Below, one piece after another: positions 63,618-64,000 of a stretch of DNA of 64,000 nt. The notes beneath the pieces were generated by a model. It saw nothing but the letters and a program-made list of their open reading frames with translations, made no database searches and was not told the origin of the DNA. The first letter of the stretch is position 1. Every line of letters starts with the position of its first letter. Source of the DNA: an uncultured Bdellovibrionales bacterium (lineage in GTDB: Bacteria; Bdellovibrionota_C; UBA2361; CAIXSY01); assembly GCA_964510065.1 (NCBI GenBank), contig CAZEAC010000020.1:2799-66798 (forward strand). The letters run 5' to 3'. The translations under genes and the position numbers were made by a program.

Positions 63618-64000
63618 TTAGGACGGGTTTGATATCGCAGCGTGCTGCAAGGTCGGATTCTGCCCTGCTTCGACTCTTATTGACAAGCGAGTCAGGACTG
63701 TAGCCACAACATTTTTATCATCAAAGCGCTCCTCAACTATCTGACGAGAGCGACGTCCAAATGATTTCATTAGGGCTGGCGATGACAGAATCGTGAGTAT
63801 TCCCCTGGCAAGTGCACGCGAATTTCGCGGTGGGACTAAGAGGCCGTTTCCCATCACTTCAACTGGATTCCTCGTATCTGGCATATCCGCTGCAATCACC
63901 GGCTTGCCGAGCGCCATTGGCTCGAGCAACGCCCGCGGATAGCCTCCCTCCTTATAGTACGAAGGCAATACCGCCAAATCACTTAACGCGTAGATCTCTC
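63618..64000 (-). CDS. glycosyltransferase family 4, C-terminal part (5' end beyond the window)
   Basis: The frame is open to position 64000 (…EIYALSDLAVLPSYYKEGGYPRALLEPMALGKPVIAAD), which contains the EX7E region. The track lists only the internal TTG start at 63977. Confidence 0.75.
   Translation of the reverse strand, partial: EIYALSDLAVLPSYYKEGGYPRALLEPMALGKPVIAADMPDTRNPVEVMGNGLLVPPRNSRALARGILTILSSPALMKSFGRRSRQIVEERFDDKNVVATVLTRLSIRVEAGQNPTLQHAAISNPS

Noticed and set aside
1-64000. tRNA, rRNA, transposase, integrase, reverse transcriptase, toxin-antitoxin or known defence-system genes.
   Set aside because: Scanning the translations and sequence by eye found none. This is a manual scan, so tRNAscan, Infernal and DefenseFinder-type tools should confirm their absence.

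Overview
64-kb chromosomal segment, roughly 50% GC by eye with AT-richer islands, from a flagellated diderm bacterium that I cannot place taxonomically. I support about 58 protein genes. I found no rRNA, tRNA, CRISPR array, transposase or integrase.

Layout, left to right:
- 1-6250: a secreted beta-helix protein and an isolated ABC exporter.
- 6681-14957: a sigma-54 enhancer-binding regulator, a textbook -24/-12 promoter, then an operon of a double methyltransferase, a degenerate kinase-like/REC protein, a multi-TM HK-REC and an outer-membrane barrel.
- 16229-26279: housekeeping genes (SGNH hydrolase, IMPase, lexA-recA, RuvC-like nuclease, pdhAB, gamma-CA).
- 26261-34878: sulfatase, GT39-discoidin glycosyltransferase, TPR protein, YeiH-like protein, and a methyltransferase/TauD-like set.
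- 35048-44169: the flagellar export operon flhB-flhA-flhF-flhG-fliA, followed by a histidine kinase and a secreted protein with six CGVCGG(D/N)G repeats.
- 44434-46540: an unlisted 43-aa ribosomal protein bTHX gene and an asnB-like amidotransferase.
- 49301-64000: a Wzx/Wzy-type polysaccharide locus with three methyltransferases, a sulfotransferase, two membrane SGNH proteins and a PDH-E1-like alpha/beta pair.

Most interesting observations:
- The sigma-54 module.
- A three-copy palindromic MITE/REP-like repeat family with compensatory arm changes.
- The ADAMTS-like cysteine repeat protein.
- The TPP-enzyme pair embedded in the glycan locus.

All functional calls rest on motifs read from the translations. 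No database search was run.
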